Under the pieces are notes generated by a model. It was not told the origin of the DNA, did not search any database, and was given only the letters and a program-made list of their open reading frames with translations. Shown here piece after piece: positions 10,834 through 23,784 of a stretch of 64,000 nt of DNA. A program made the translations under genes and the position numbers. This DNA comes from Candidatus Babeliales bacterium (GTDB lineage Bacteria; Babelota; Babeliae; Babelales; JANWKD01): NCBI GenBank assembly GCA_963722255.1, contig CAVRJO010000001.1, positions 704,001-768,000 on the forward strand, given 5' to 3'. Within the stretch, counting starts at the first letter, position 1. Each line of letters opens with the position of its first letter.

Positions 10834-11244
10834 TTAGCTCGCGCTCACTAAAACATCAGCCTCAGAATGAGCCTTCTCTTTTCTATAATCTTGCCATGCT
10901 TGCCAAGCTTCATGTCCCAAATAAATACTACAGCACAATGAATAAAACGTTCCAAGAGCAATTGTACCTTTTCCAGGATAATACCCAGCAGCTACACCAC
11001 AAGCAAGTGCACTAACAAATGGAACAACTTCTGCAAGCACAGGATGAGTATCTCTAGATTCTCTCATTGCATCCCCTAAAATATCATATACATGATTCGC
11101 TGTGAGTTGCATAACTATAAACGCCCAAACTCTATCATTCTGAACAAATGACGCAACATCATTGGCTGAAAAACATGAAGATGCAGAAGGTGAAATTAGT
11201 AATAATGCAGATACAACGAAAACAAAACTTTTTACAAAGTTCAT
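10834..11244 (-). CDS. Membrane hypothetical protein
   Basis: GGAGG RBS before MNFVK; signal peptide plus hydrophobic helices. Confidence 0.7.
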   Translation of the reverse strand: MNFVKSFVFVVSALLLISPSASSCFSANDVASFVQNDRVWAFIVMQLTANHVYDILGDAMRESRDTHPVLAEVVPFVSALACGVAAGYYPGKGTIALGTFYSLCCSIYLGHEAWQAWQDYRKEKAHSEADVLVSAS

Positions 11245-11383
11245 AAAACCTCCAAATAAAACTATAGCATAATCTAATACCATTCTTTATTATAGTATCA
11301 TACTAATAAAAAAATAACAAAAGTTGTTAAAATTATTCTATTTGAATTTATTTACAGTAACTAATTAAAAAAGGGATAAAATC

Positions 11384-11806
11384 ATGAAGAAAGTTATACT
11401 ATTCTCACTTGTAGCACTTGCAAATCTCCAAGCACATCATCCTGTAATCAATTATGCACTCATTAATGAATGGTGTACGTCTATCCAATCGCTCAATCAA
11501 GGTTCTTTAAAAATCATGCAAACCTATTTACAAGACTTAGAAACATTTGCAACCTGTTGTGTAGAAAATCCAGAATGCTTTGAAACATCTGAAGGTAAAG
11601 CACTGCAGCAAAAGATCAATGAAGATGTCTCAGCTATCATGCATAATCAAGATCTTATTCCGGTCTTTGAGCATTTGACTATGCTTATAAAAGAAGAAGT
11701 TGGTCAAGAAAAATTTACACTACTTAACCAACGAAAAAAAGAGTATGAACTTCTTGCTCAGGTTGTTAAAGGATGTTTAGAATGCATTGAACGTAAACTT
11801 GCTTAA
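11384..11806 (+). CDS. Exported hypothetical protein
   Basis: Signal peptide; C-terminal CxxC (GCLECIERK). Confidence 0.75.
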   Translation: MKKVILFSLVALANLQAHHPVINYALINEWCTSIQSLNQGSLKIMQTYLQDLETFATCCVENPECFETSEGKALQQKINEDVSAIMHNQDLIPVFEHLTMLIKEEVGQEKFTLLNQRKKEYELLAQVVKGCLECIERKLA

Positions 11807-11980
11807 GCTATTTTATTTTTCAGAATACTTCATTAAAATAAAAACAATAAAATCCCTCTTGTTGTTATCTACACAAACAAAGAAGGATTTTTTCATATGA
11901 AGCATTTAAATTACGAAGAAAATATACCGTCAAAATATGTCATATCTAAAGAACTTTTACAAGAATTTCATAATTTTATT

Positions 11981-12249
11981 CAGGGCAACCGCACTATAAA
12001 GATTGAATTAATAATAGAAAAATCCATTTGAAACGGCAGCTAAATTCACGCTTGTCATTGCGAGCGAACGCGCGGCAACCCAGTTATAAAGACTTCTCAT
12101 TTTAACGACTGGGTCACCACGTCGCAATGCTCCTCGTGATGACATTGGTGTTTATTATTGATTGTACTTTGATAAATCAAAGTTAATTTTTCCAAACACC
12201 TTTATTAATAAAAGTAGCTAAAATCCTGGATTCATAGTGCGGTTGCCTG
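11981..12249. mobile_element. MITE-like element with ISAs1-like terminal inverted repeats, containing a paired palindrome
   Basis: Left cagggcaaccgcactataaa (11981-12000), right ttcatagtgcggttgc-ctg (12231-12249); left 110 bp repeated at 29845. Confidence 0.65.
12054..12143. repeat. Paired GTCAT palindromic element (REPIN-like)
   Basis: gtcattgcgagcgaacgcgcggcaacccagt, AT spacer, actgggtcaccacgtcgcaatgctcctcgtgatgac. Confidence 0.85.
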
Positions 12250-12255
12250 CTACTG

Positions 12256-12606
12256 TTGCCGGAGGAATCGCAGGACACGCAATTATTTGTTACTCTTATT
12301 AATAATTTACAGCATCAAATTCCGCAGTCAAGAAATCATTACCTTCGCACAGACAAGGGCTTTGTTTCTAAAAAAAATAAAGAAGAAGCTATTAAACGAA
12401 ACTTTACACCTGTTATGCTAATAAAAAAGCCAAAAAATAAGCCCCGAATCACGAAAGATAAAGATCCAATATGGTGGGTTGCAGAAAGAACATTTTCTTG
12501 GATGAATCAATTCAGACGCGTTTTCATTCGTTATGATAAGCTATCTAAAAACTTTCTTGGACTAGTTCAATTTGACTGTCTAGTCATCATTTTCAGAAAA
12601 ATTTAG
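12256..12606 (+). pseudogene. IS5-family transposase C-terminal remnant
   Basis: DKGF; W-V-AERTFSWMNQFRRVFIRYDK is the IS5 signature; N-terminal part missing. Confidence 0.8.
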
Positions 12607-12800
12607 TTTTCATACAGGATCTTATTTAAATCATATCACGGATCAAATTTCTAATAATAATTTTTTTATTATTAGAAATTTTTCAACCTCTGCATACTTC
12701 AATAAAAACATGCTCCCATTCATAGAATCTACTTCAAAATAATTTTCAGAATAGGCAATATATTATTATTTTAAAACCATTTTAAATAAAGAAAGCAATC

Positions 12801-12828
12801 TTGATATCTTCACTTATTTTGTTATTAT
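12801..12828 (+). promoter_or_regulatory. Sigma70-like promoter shared with paralog at 27856
   Basis: ttgata-16-tattat, 84 nt upstream of the ATG in both paralogs (27772). Confidence 0.45.
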
Positions 12829-14178
12829 TAGATTATTAAAAAATAATAAGAACAATTTCTTTCAATTATAAAATACAGGAACTCATGAAAAAACATTTCA
12901 TACACTTCGCTCTTATTCTCATGATCTGCAGTTCATTACCAATTATTGCCATGGAGATGAGTTTTCAAGATCAAAAAGAAACGATAGAAACATATATGAC
13001 TGAAGGTGCTAATCTTGATCAATATAATCATAGTGGCAATACGCCTTTGGTCTTAGCAGCTCAAAACAATGATTGTAACCTGGTTCACCAGCTTGTTGCA
13101 TTCGGTGCAAGCGTCAACACGCAAGCATTAAATGGTTCAACGCCCCTTTCGGAAGCCGTTCGTTGTCGAAATTTTAATGTTGTTAATTTCTTATTAGATC
13201 ATGGGGCTCAAAGCGATATTCAAGATGAAAAAGGAGATACGGCTCTTTCTCTTGCACTTGATTATGGATTTGCAGAACTTGCACAGCTTATGGTTTCTAG
13301 CGAAAACCAGAGCAAGCCTAAAAGAACAGTAAAAACAGGAGACAAACAAAATCAGGACGATAAGAAACTACCACAAAAAAATAGAACAACTTCCAAAAAA
13401 CAAAAGAAGAAATTTTCTCATTTTACAGCACAACTCAGAGCAGGCGTTGATTCCGTAAAATTATTGATGACTAATCATAAAAAAAATACTTCACAACAAC
13501 AAAAAGCTTTACATGATTTTTTTAATAAAAAAATGAGTTCTTATGATAAACAATCATGTATAGAAGAACATTCTCAATTAGTTTCAGCTCTTTATTCAAA
13601 TAATATGCAAAAAATAGAAGCACTTTTAGAGGGTCAATCATTTGATATAAATCAACAAGATACTATTATGGGATTAACACCCTTAGCAGAGGCTTGCTTT
13701 ATCGGTAATTATAGGGCAGTTAAAAAATTCATAAATACCAGGGAAGCTCTCATAGAATTGCCTGATAATAAAGGATTAACTCCAATAATGCGTTCAATTT
13801 CACAAAAGCATGACAGAATTGTTCGATTTTTAATAAAAAAAGGAGCCAATATAAATGCTCAAGATCATGATGGCGAAACAAACTTAATTAAAGCAATATG
13901 TTTTGGAACTCCCCAAACTGTTGATTTATTAATTGATATGGGCGCAGATATAAACATATGTGATAACAATGGATCTGGTCCACTTTTCTTTGCAGTTACT
14001 AATACAAATCCTTTACTTGTTGAGAAGTTAATTAATAGAGGTGCATATATTGACGGACACTCATCTGATACAGTGCCGCTCTTAGAAGCCCTAAGAAAAG
14101 TTAATGCTTCTATTGCTCAATTTTTAATTGAACATGGTGCAAATTGCAAAGCTCGTGGACGGGATGGCATTACTGCTA

Positions 14179-14798
14179 ATAAATTTCACCCGCAGCAAGC
14201 AGCGGGGTATTGAATTTTTTTAAGGATTTCTATCTACATGAAGAACATCTGACCCAGATCTCTTGGCGTACGAGTAGGGTCTTTTTTGTGCAACATCATG
14301 TAATCCCTTCCCTGGTTTTTTACGTATTCTGCCACTCGTTTTTCGCTTCCATGCTTACTTACCGTGTTTACGAAATATCCATCAGACCAAAATTCTCCAC
14401 CCCATAGCTGCCTCTTTACTTCGGGAACTCGTTTGAAAATTTCCCGCGCCGTTATACTTTTTATTTTTCTAATGATATTCGTAGGACTATACGTCGGTAC
14501 GGACTGCACAAGAAAATGAACGTGATCCCCATCTGTTCCTATTTCTAGAAACTCTATCTGATAACGTTTTTCTATCTCAAGACACACCAACCTCAATACT
14601 TTGTCTACTTCCTCTGTAAAAACCGCTCGCCTATATTTTGCTGGACAAACTATATGATACATCAGAACCGATACATTATGACTTTTGTGTATAAACCTAC
14701 TTAATTTACTCATTCTCCCAATTTATCAGGACTTTTTATTTATTCCATTTTTTTTATCTGACTACGCGGCAAGCCGCGGGGAATTGTACCCGTAGAGA
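14179..14798 (-). mobile_element. IS200/IS605-family IS (tnpA only), copy 1
   Basis: Near-identical to 57023-57641; subterminal hairpins cgcggcaagccgcg and ccgcagcaagcagcgg; no target duplication; ends uncertain by 1-2 nt. Confidence 0.92.
14234..14713 (-). CDS. tnpA: IS200 Y1 (HUH) transposase
   Basis: YHIVCPAKYRR, DHVHFLV, FWSDGYF, YVKNQ. Confidence 0.97.
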   Translation of the reverse strand: MSKLSRFIHKSHNVSVLMYHIVCPAKYRRAVFTEEVDKVLRLVCLEIEKRYQIEFLEIGTDGDHVHFLVQSVPTYSPTNIIRKIKSITAREIFKRVPEVKRQLWGGEFWSDGYFVNTVSKHGSEKRVAEYVKNQGRDYMMLHKKDPTRTPRDLGQMFFM

Positions 14799-16310
14799 TT
14801 AAAAAAGCAAAAAGAGACTTGAGGCTTGAACGTCTTGTGCCATTAATGAAAGAACAGATTTCCTCACAGCCTCAAGAATATAAAGAACAAATCGAAGAAA
14901 ATTATAATGTTGTTGATGCCCAAATGGAAAATGAAGTTAATTTTAATGAAGAAAATAGTTCTTCAGAAGAAGTGGTTGAACGAAGAAGAGATCAAGGAAA
15001 GGCTGATGAGCTATCACTGCATAAAAAAACAAAAAAGGATATTAATTTTAATCAAAACAATACATGTCAAGAGTTTTTTGATAAAAACGAAGAAGAAACA
15101 GTGCAACCCGAGCTTGCCGTAATTCTATTACAGGCTATTAAAAAAGATAATCTTACCGCCATTCAAGATTCTATTGTAAAAATGACCACTATCAATCAAC
15201 CAATAAATCAAGAAGGCCGTACTTTACTTGCTCATGCAATCGGCACTCACAAAACTAAAATGGCTCAATGGCTAATCGAAGCAGGCGCGGATATTGATAA
15301 ACATGACAAATATGGAATGACGCCCTTACTTAGGGCCATAATGGCGGAAGAATCTATAATTGCTCAAGAATTAATTATTCGTGGGGCTGATATTAATAAA
15401 AGTAATGAAGATGGAATTACGCCATTGCTATTTGCACTGCAAAACGCACAATATCCAATTGCTCGCTTATTAATTATTAATGGGGCTGATATTAATAAAA
15501 GTGATAAGGATGGAACAACACCATTACAATTTGCCTCGTCTTGCTGCTCTCCCGGCAATGTTGAAATCATTCAATTATTGCTTAAAGAAGGCGTTGATAT
15601 TGAAAAAAGTAATATACATGGAACAACAGCATTACTCTATGCTCTTCGGGGAGGTCTTCCTTTGAGTCCCAAAGTTGCTCGCCTATTAATAATTGAAGGC
15701 GCTGATATTCATAAATGTGACAATAGAGGAATAACGCCTCTAATGTGGGCTATTAGGAGAAAACAACCTGAGCTTCTTCAAGAATTAATTACTAAAGGGG
15801 CTAATATTAACAAAAGCAATAAGCATGGAACCCCATTAATAATAGCTATAAAACACGTTTGGGGACTTGAAGATATTAAATTGTTTATTAAAGCCGGCGC
15901 AAATGTCAATGATCGTGACGATGAAGGGAATTCAGCTTTACATTATGCTTTCAGGAGGGATATTCTAGAAGGCTTGCCTTTTATAAGTCAATTGAACGAG
16001 TATATCCCTATCATAAATTTATTAATTGAACATGGTGCAGATGTAAACGTGCCATATGAAAAAAATAGCAACATAACGTTATTGCAATACATTGCTGAAC
16101 GTAGTCAATTTTCTGAAGTTCTTAAATGCATTCTCTCTCGCAATCCAACTCTTGATGAAGAGAGCAAAATCCAAGTTCTTAAATGGGCCACTACAAGCAG
16201 AAATCAAGATGCAATTAATATATTAAAAGAAGAAAAAAAGAAACAATGCATAATCAGCTAAGCAATGGTTATTACTGTTTTAGTTTCAGTAAAATGAAAA
16301 ACATACATAT

Positions 16311-17195
16311 TCATGATTTATCGGGCTTATAATCTGCTAAAGTGCGATATGGAATAATCAACTCTTTGCGTAACCATCCAAAATCAAGCGGATCAACACT
16401 AAAGACAGTAGGCAGAAGCCTTTCATCCGGTATTTTAGTAAGTTCAACATCAGTCCTTAAATACGGCAAAACTTTTGTTACGAGATCTAAGCGAGAAATC
16501 AAAACTGATTTTTCTTTTGATTCTGTACCTTGTTTGTTAAATATATTTACAAGGAAAGAAGCCATGCAATAACAAAATGGCATCGCTTCTTTTTGTCCGT
16601 CTTTAGCAATCCTCAAAATCGGTTGGGGAATATCAACTTCTTCTTCAGAAAGCTTGTGATCTTTTTTAATGAACTTTTTTAAATCTTCAGGTGGATTTAA
16701 AGAGTTTCCGCGTTGGCGACCAAAAAAAGTTTTAATATCTTTTTGTGAAAGCAAGAGCCCGCCAGCTGCACAAAGCCCTAATCCCACTAATGATTCTTTA
16801 AAATTATGCTGATATAAGTTTTTTGCAAACTCAGATAATCCACCGGCCAATAATCCTCCAGCGGATAATGCACGAATATGATCAACAATACTACGATTTC
16901 TATCACGTGTTTGTGAAGCTATCAATGAAGCACTAAAAAAAGGAATTCCTAATTTTAATGCACTATTATCCTTAAGAAAAAGATCTAAACCCTTTAATAA
17001 ACAAAGAGAAGAGGCAAAATTTTCGGCAAAATTATTTTTGGGACCTACTAAACAAGAAGCACCAAAGCCAATTGCTAAACTACCTAATCCATACCCTAGC
17101 GCACGAATTGGCATGGACTGCGTATGCAATTTAAACTGCATAGCATCAACAGATCCAGAATAGAGAAAGAGTAAACACAATAACTTTTTTACCAT
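16311..17195 (-). CDS. Secreted/membrane hypothetical protein, paralog of neighbour
   Basis: Signal VDA-MQF; shares ASLIASQTRDRNRSIVDHIRAL with 17777 ORF. Confidence 0.8.
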   Translation of the reverse strand: MVKKLLCLLFLYSGSVDAMQFKLHTQSMPIRALGYGLGSLAIGFGASCLVGPKNNFAENFASSLCLLKGLDLFLKDNSALKLGIPFFSASLIASQTRDRNRSIVDHIRALSAGGLLAGGLSEFAKNLYQHNFKESLVGLGLCAAGGLLLSQKDIKTFFGRQRGNSLNPPEDLKKFIKKDHKLSEEEVDIPQPILRIAKDGQKEAMPFCYCMASFLVNIFNKQGTESKEKSVLISRLDLVTKVLPYLRTDVELTKIPDERLLPTVFSVDPLDFGWLRKELIIPYRTLADYKPDKS

Positions 17196-17298
17196 GCGCT
17201 TTCCTTACATTAATTTTATATGAGCAAATCTTCAAAGTTTTAAGATACCAAAACTCGCTGAATTTATCTAAAAAAATTTTAAATTTTGCTAATTTTTT

Positions 17299-18205
17299 TC
17301 ATATGCTTCTTTCATATTCTTCTAATGATACGTAACGACGCGCTAATTCAGAAGAAAGCCCAACCGTATCATTGGAGTCAACACTGAAAACATTGTAAAC
17401 TGATGCATCATTGGATATTTTGTTTGGTTCAATTTCAGTTCGCAAGTAGGGCAAAACTGTGGTAACAAATTCTAATTCGGGGATCTCAACCTCAAGTGGC
17501 GTTTGATTATTACACTCTGGACGATAGGATGCAAACATACGCTTAACAAAAGGAAGAGCTTGCATTCTTCCTCGTTCAGCATACTGTAACGTCAATCGAT
17601 GTATTTGGCACATTTTTGGGTTGCTTTTTGTTAACTCTTTAATCTTCTTTATAACTTCCTGAGGAGGTTTTAGAGAATGGCCTTTTTGAAGCCCGAAAAA
17701 AGTTTTAAGATCCTTCTGAGAAAGCAAAAGAGCTCCGCTTACAAATAATGCACATGATAAAGCTCCTCCTTTTTTATCAGAATAAAGAAAATTTTTTTAG
17801 TAATCCCGCAAGGCCACCCGTAACCAATGCTCCGGCGCATAAGGCGCGTATATGATCAAGAACAGAACGATTTCTATCTCGTGTTTGAGCTGCTATCAAT
17901 GAAGCCCCCAAAATTGGCAAGGTAATCTTTCTCATCATCAATTGCACAACCGGGACATCATTAAAGAAATTTTTTAAACTTAACAAAAAGCATCCTGAAC
18001 ATGCAGCGTTCATAATACAATTATTATCAGGAGCGCCTAATAGACTAGCAAGCCCAACTCCGGAAAAAAAAGTTCCAACACCATATCGACCACTACGCAA
18101 TAAAACAGATAGAGAATTTTGCTCATGCGATGCAAAATCCATAGCACTGTTCATACAAACAGCCTGCAAAAGAGAGACAAAAATTATAATTTTTTTTTGC
18201 ATCAT
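17299..18205 (-). pseudogene. Paralog of 16311 gene split by a frameshift near 17790
   Basis: 17777-18205 matches the N-half and 17299-17727 the C-half (LLSQKD.KTFFG; VLPYLRT; VFSVD) of the 16311 protein; A-run at the junction. Confidence 0.75.
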
Positions 18206-18338
18206 TATTTTCCCTTACTACAATGAATTATTCTATAGTGTAGAATAGTTCGTATCATGCAGAACAAACAAGATTTTTCTTTACTTTTTGGTATAATAGG
18301 ATTTGGAATATTTTTTTGAATAAAAAATTAGGACCCTC

Positions 18339-20939
<2,601 letters not shown>

Positions 20940-20967
20940 TCATCTTTAAAGAAAAAAATATTAGATT

Positions 20968-21057
20968 GTCATTGCGAGCGCAGCGAAGCAACCCAGTAAT
21001 AAAAATGAAAAGTCTTCATAACTGGGTCACCACGTCGCAAATGCTCCTCGTGATGAC
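20968..21057. repeat. Paired GTCAT palindromic element (REPIN-like)
   Basis: gtcattgcgagcgcagcgaagcaacccagt ... actgggtcaccacgtcgcaaatgctcctcgtgatgac; right arm nearly identical to 12108-12143. Confidence 0.85.
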
Positions 21058-21217
21058 GATTCTATGATCGCACAGCGTATTTACTTTAAATTAAATAAAG
21101 GATTAAAATATATATTAAATTTTTCTTCGTATCAACTTTAGTTATTAATGAAATCAATAAGAAAGAAAAATTTTACATAAGAATGACGATTTTATTCCAA
21201 ATCATACTTCAATCTCG

Positions 21218-21654
21218 AGAATCGTCATCCTGAGGAGCGTAACGTAGTGAAGTGACGTAGGGATCCAGATCAATAAAAATATAATCATTTAAAAATATGA
21301 AAAAATCAATTATATATATAATGGCAAGTTGCCGAAACGGAACGCTTTACTGCGGCATAACTTCAAATTTACAACAGCGAGTATTCCAACATAAAAATAA
21401 CCTTATTGATGGCTTCACAAAAAAGTACGGATGTAAGATACTTGTATATTATGAACAATATGGCGATATAGTCTCCGCCATAATTCGAGAAAAACAAATA
21501 AAACATTATAAACGAACAAAAAAATTATTACTTATTGAGTCTATGAACCCGAATTGGGATGATTTATATGAAAAGATTTGTAGTTAATTACATAATGAAA
21601 ATTATTGTATAAGCTGGATCCCTACGTCACTTCGTTCCTCAGGATGACGATTCT
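21218..21654. mobile_element. GIY-YIG nuclease cassette bounded by long inverted repeats
   Basis: Left agaatcgtcatcctgagga(gcgtaacgtagt)gaagtgacgtagggatccag (21218-21268); right ctggatccctacgtcacttcgttcctcaggatgacgattct (21614-21654). Confidence 0.75.
21297..21587 (+). CDS. Stand-alone GIY-YIG nuclease (UPF0213-like)
   Basis: IYIMAS..NGTLYCGITSNLQQRVFQHK; FTKKY; AIIREKQIK; NPNWDDL. Confidence 0.93.
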   Translation: MKKSIIYIMASCRNGTLYCGITSNLQQRVFQHKNNLIDGFTKKYGCKILVYYEQYGDIVSAIIREKQIKHYKRTKKLLLIESMNPNWDDLYEKICS

Positions 21655-21703
21655 ATAGTCGCATGGCATATTTACTTTAAATTAAATTAAATAAAGGATT
21701 AAA

Positions 21704-22141
21704 ATGTATATTAAATTTTTCTTCGCACTAATTTTATTTATCAATTCTATCTTTGGTATGCAACAACCAGAAGATTCTTCGATGACCAAAATTAATAGCT
21801 GGCAAGATATGGAGCAGTTTGCTGGTAAGGTAATTGCCTTTCAAAGTAATTCACATCATATTTGCTATGGAGGCTATAAAATTGAAAACGATAGCTCAAT
21901 TTTGTTTGGTTGGGTTTCCGAAATACCACAATCGTGGGCGATGCCATGTCATATAGGTCTTGCCTCAGTTAAGCAACAGGGATATGGTCTAGCTAAAATA
22001 CTAAAACAAGATGCCCTAGGATGTACATGCGCTCTCATTGATTTTTATCTTTCAGAAGGATTGTGGGTTCGGCGTATAACTCAAGAAGAATTTGAAAAAA
22101 TAAACAATGCGGTAAAAAATAAACAAGCTAGATTAAATTAG
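21704..22141 (+). CDS. Secreted hypothetical protein
   Basis: Signal IFG-MQQ; AAGGA RBS. Confidence 0.7.
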   Translation: MYIKFFFALILFINSIFGMQQPEDSSMTKINSWQDMEQFAGKVIAFQSNSHHICYGGYKIENDSSILFGWVSEIPQSWAMPCHIGLASVKQQGYGLAKILKQDALGCTCALIDFYLSEGLWVRRITQEEFEKINNAVKNKQARLN

Positions 22142-22149
22142 CGATATTT

Positions 22150-23768
22150 ATGAAAAAAATTATCGGCCACATTCTCTCCGGTTCACTCTCTGAAGGATTT
22201 GTAATGCGCATTAATGCCGATGCGCATCTTGAAGATATAAAAACGGGAAAGTTTGTTTCAATTATTGGTAACAACTATGCTTTTTTTTCTTTAGTTACTG
22301 ATATAAGCCTTGCCGTCACTGATCCTGATATCTTGCTTTTTCCTCCTTCAGCACAAGAGCCTTTGCTCACATCATTATTACAAAGCAAAGATATATATGC
22401 CACAGTACAGTTAAAGCCAATGCTTATGGTTAATAATAACAAACAGATTATGCCCGTTAAAACGATTCCTCCCCATTTTTCGCCGGTATATGAAGCAACA
22501 AAAGCCGATGTTTCATTAATTTTTGGCGATGAAGATGATATGAGCAAACGCTATTTCAATATTGGTTCTCCACTTGACATGAAAACGCCGATATGCCTTG
22601 ATCTTGAGCGATTAACTGAACGTAGTAATGGTATTTTTGGTAAAACCGGTACGGGAAAAACTTTTTTAACACGACTTGTTCTTGCCGGACTTATTAAAAA
22701 TAAAAAAGCTGTAACACTTATTTTTGATATGCATAGTGAATATGGCCTGCAAGCGCGAACAGAAAATAAATCAGAATCATTTGTAAAAGGACTTAAGACA
22801 TTGTTTCCTTCATCAGTAGCAATTTTTTCAATTGATCCTGATTCAACACGAAGACGCGGTGGCTAGCCCTGATGTAGAACTTATTCTACCTTATCAGGCA
22901 ATCAATGTTGAAGATATTATGTCATTACAAGATGAACTTAATTTACATTCAACAGCCCTTGAAGCCGCCTATTTGATTGTGCTCGCTATAAACAAGATTG
23001 GCTACAAGTTCTCTTATCGCAAGGCGAACGATTGAAAGATTTTGCACAAGAATTAGGAGCACATCCTGAATCCATTGCCGCACTTTATAGAAAATTAAAA
23101 CGTATTGAACGATTTCCATTTTTTAGACCAATGAATGCACCGGGAGCTTATAAATCAGATTCTGCAATTGATCAGATGATGGAGTATATTGATAAAGGAA
23201 TCAATGTTATTGTTGAATTTGGTAACTATACCTCAACATTTTGTTATCTGTTGATTGCAAATATTATTACACGACGAATTCACGCAGAATATATTGCAAA
23301 AACTGAAAAATTTTTAGGCAGCACAACGCGCTGAAGATGAACCAAAAAAACTAATGATCATGCATTGAAGAAGCACATAAATTTTTAAATCCAGTTCAGC
23401 AGCTCGCCAAACGATTTTTGGTATTATTGCACGCGAAATGAGGAAATATTATGTTTCACTTTTACTCGTTGATCAACGGCCATCTGGCATCGATCAAGAA
23501 ATTCTTTCGCAAATTGGTACCAAAATTGTAGCTCAACTTAATGATGAACAAGATATTCAGGCAGTGCTGACTGGCAGTAATAATGCAAACCATTTACGCA
23601 CTGTCATTGGCTCACTTGATAGCAAAAAACAAGCATTATTGTTTGGGCATGCCATTGACTATGCCTATTGTGATACAAACACGAGAGTATGATGAAGATT
23701 TTTATCGCGCCATGAGCAATAATCTTACCGCAGTTCAAATAGACCAGGTGATCAATGAACTTTTTTAA
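22150..23768 (+). CDS. HerA/DUF87 ATPase with HAS-barrel, frameshifted into five pieces
   Basis: GIFGKTGTGKT Walker A, IFDMHSEYG, IEEAHKFL, MRKYYVSLLLVDQRPSGID. Confidence 0.85.
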
Positions 23769-23784
23769 AATATAAAATTCATTC

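Larger units (their letters stand above)
12885..16261 (+). pseudogene. Secreted ankyrin-repeat protein (918 aa if rejoined), interrupted by IS200, with C-terminal CaaX
   Basis: Track ORFs 12885-14213 and 14819-16261 join in frame (GITA-I-KKAKRDL) when 14179-14798 is removed; ends KKKQCIIS. Confidence 0.9.

Noticed and set aside
10416..11015. ORFs 10416-10598, 10526-10837, 10686-11015, and 29892-30287 with similar peptides
   Set aside because: They translate the non-coding repeats; indels between copies do not preserve frame.
12645..12681. 16-bp AT-rich inverted repeat, and a 10-bp one at 979-1026
   Set aside because: Single-copy and plausible by chance or as ordinary terminator/operator in AT-rich DNA; no further support.
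14179..14798. TnpB/omegaRNA system associated with IS200
   Set aside because: The element is about 620 bp and holds tnpA only.
22150..23768. HerA-based defence system
   Set aside because: No NurA, Sir2 or other partner is adjacent; the nearby GIY-YIG gene belongs to its own repeat-bounded cassette.
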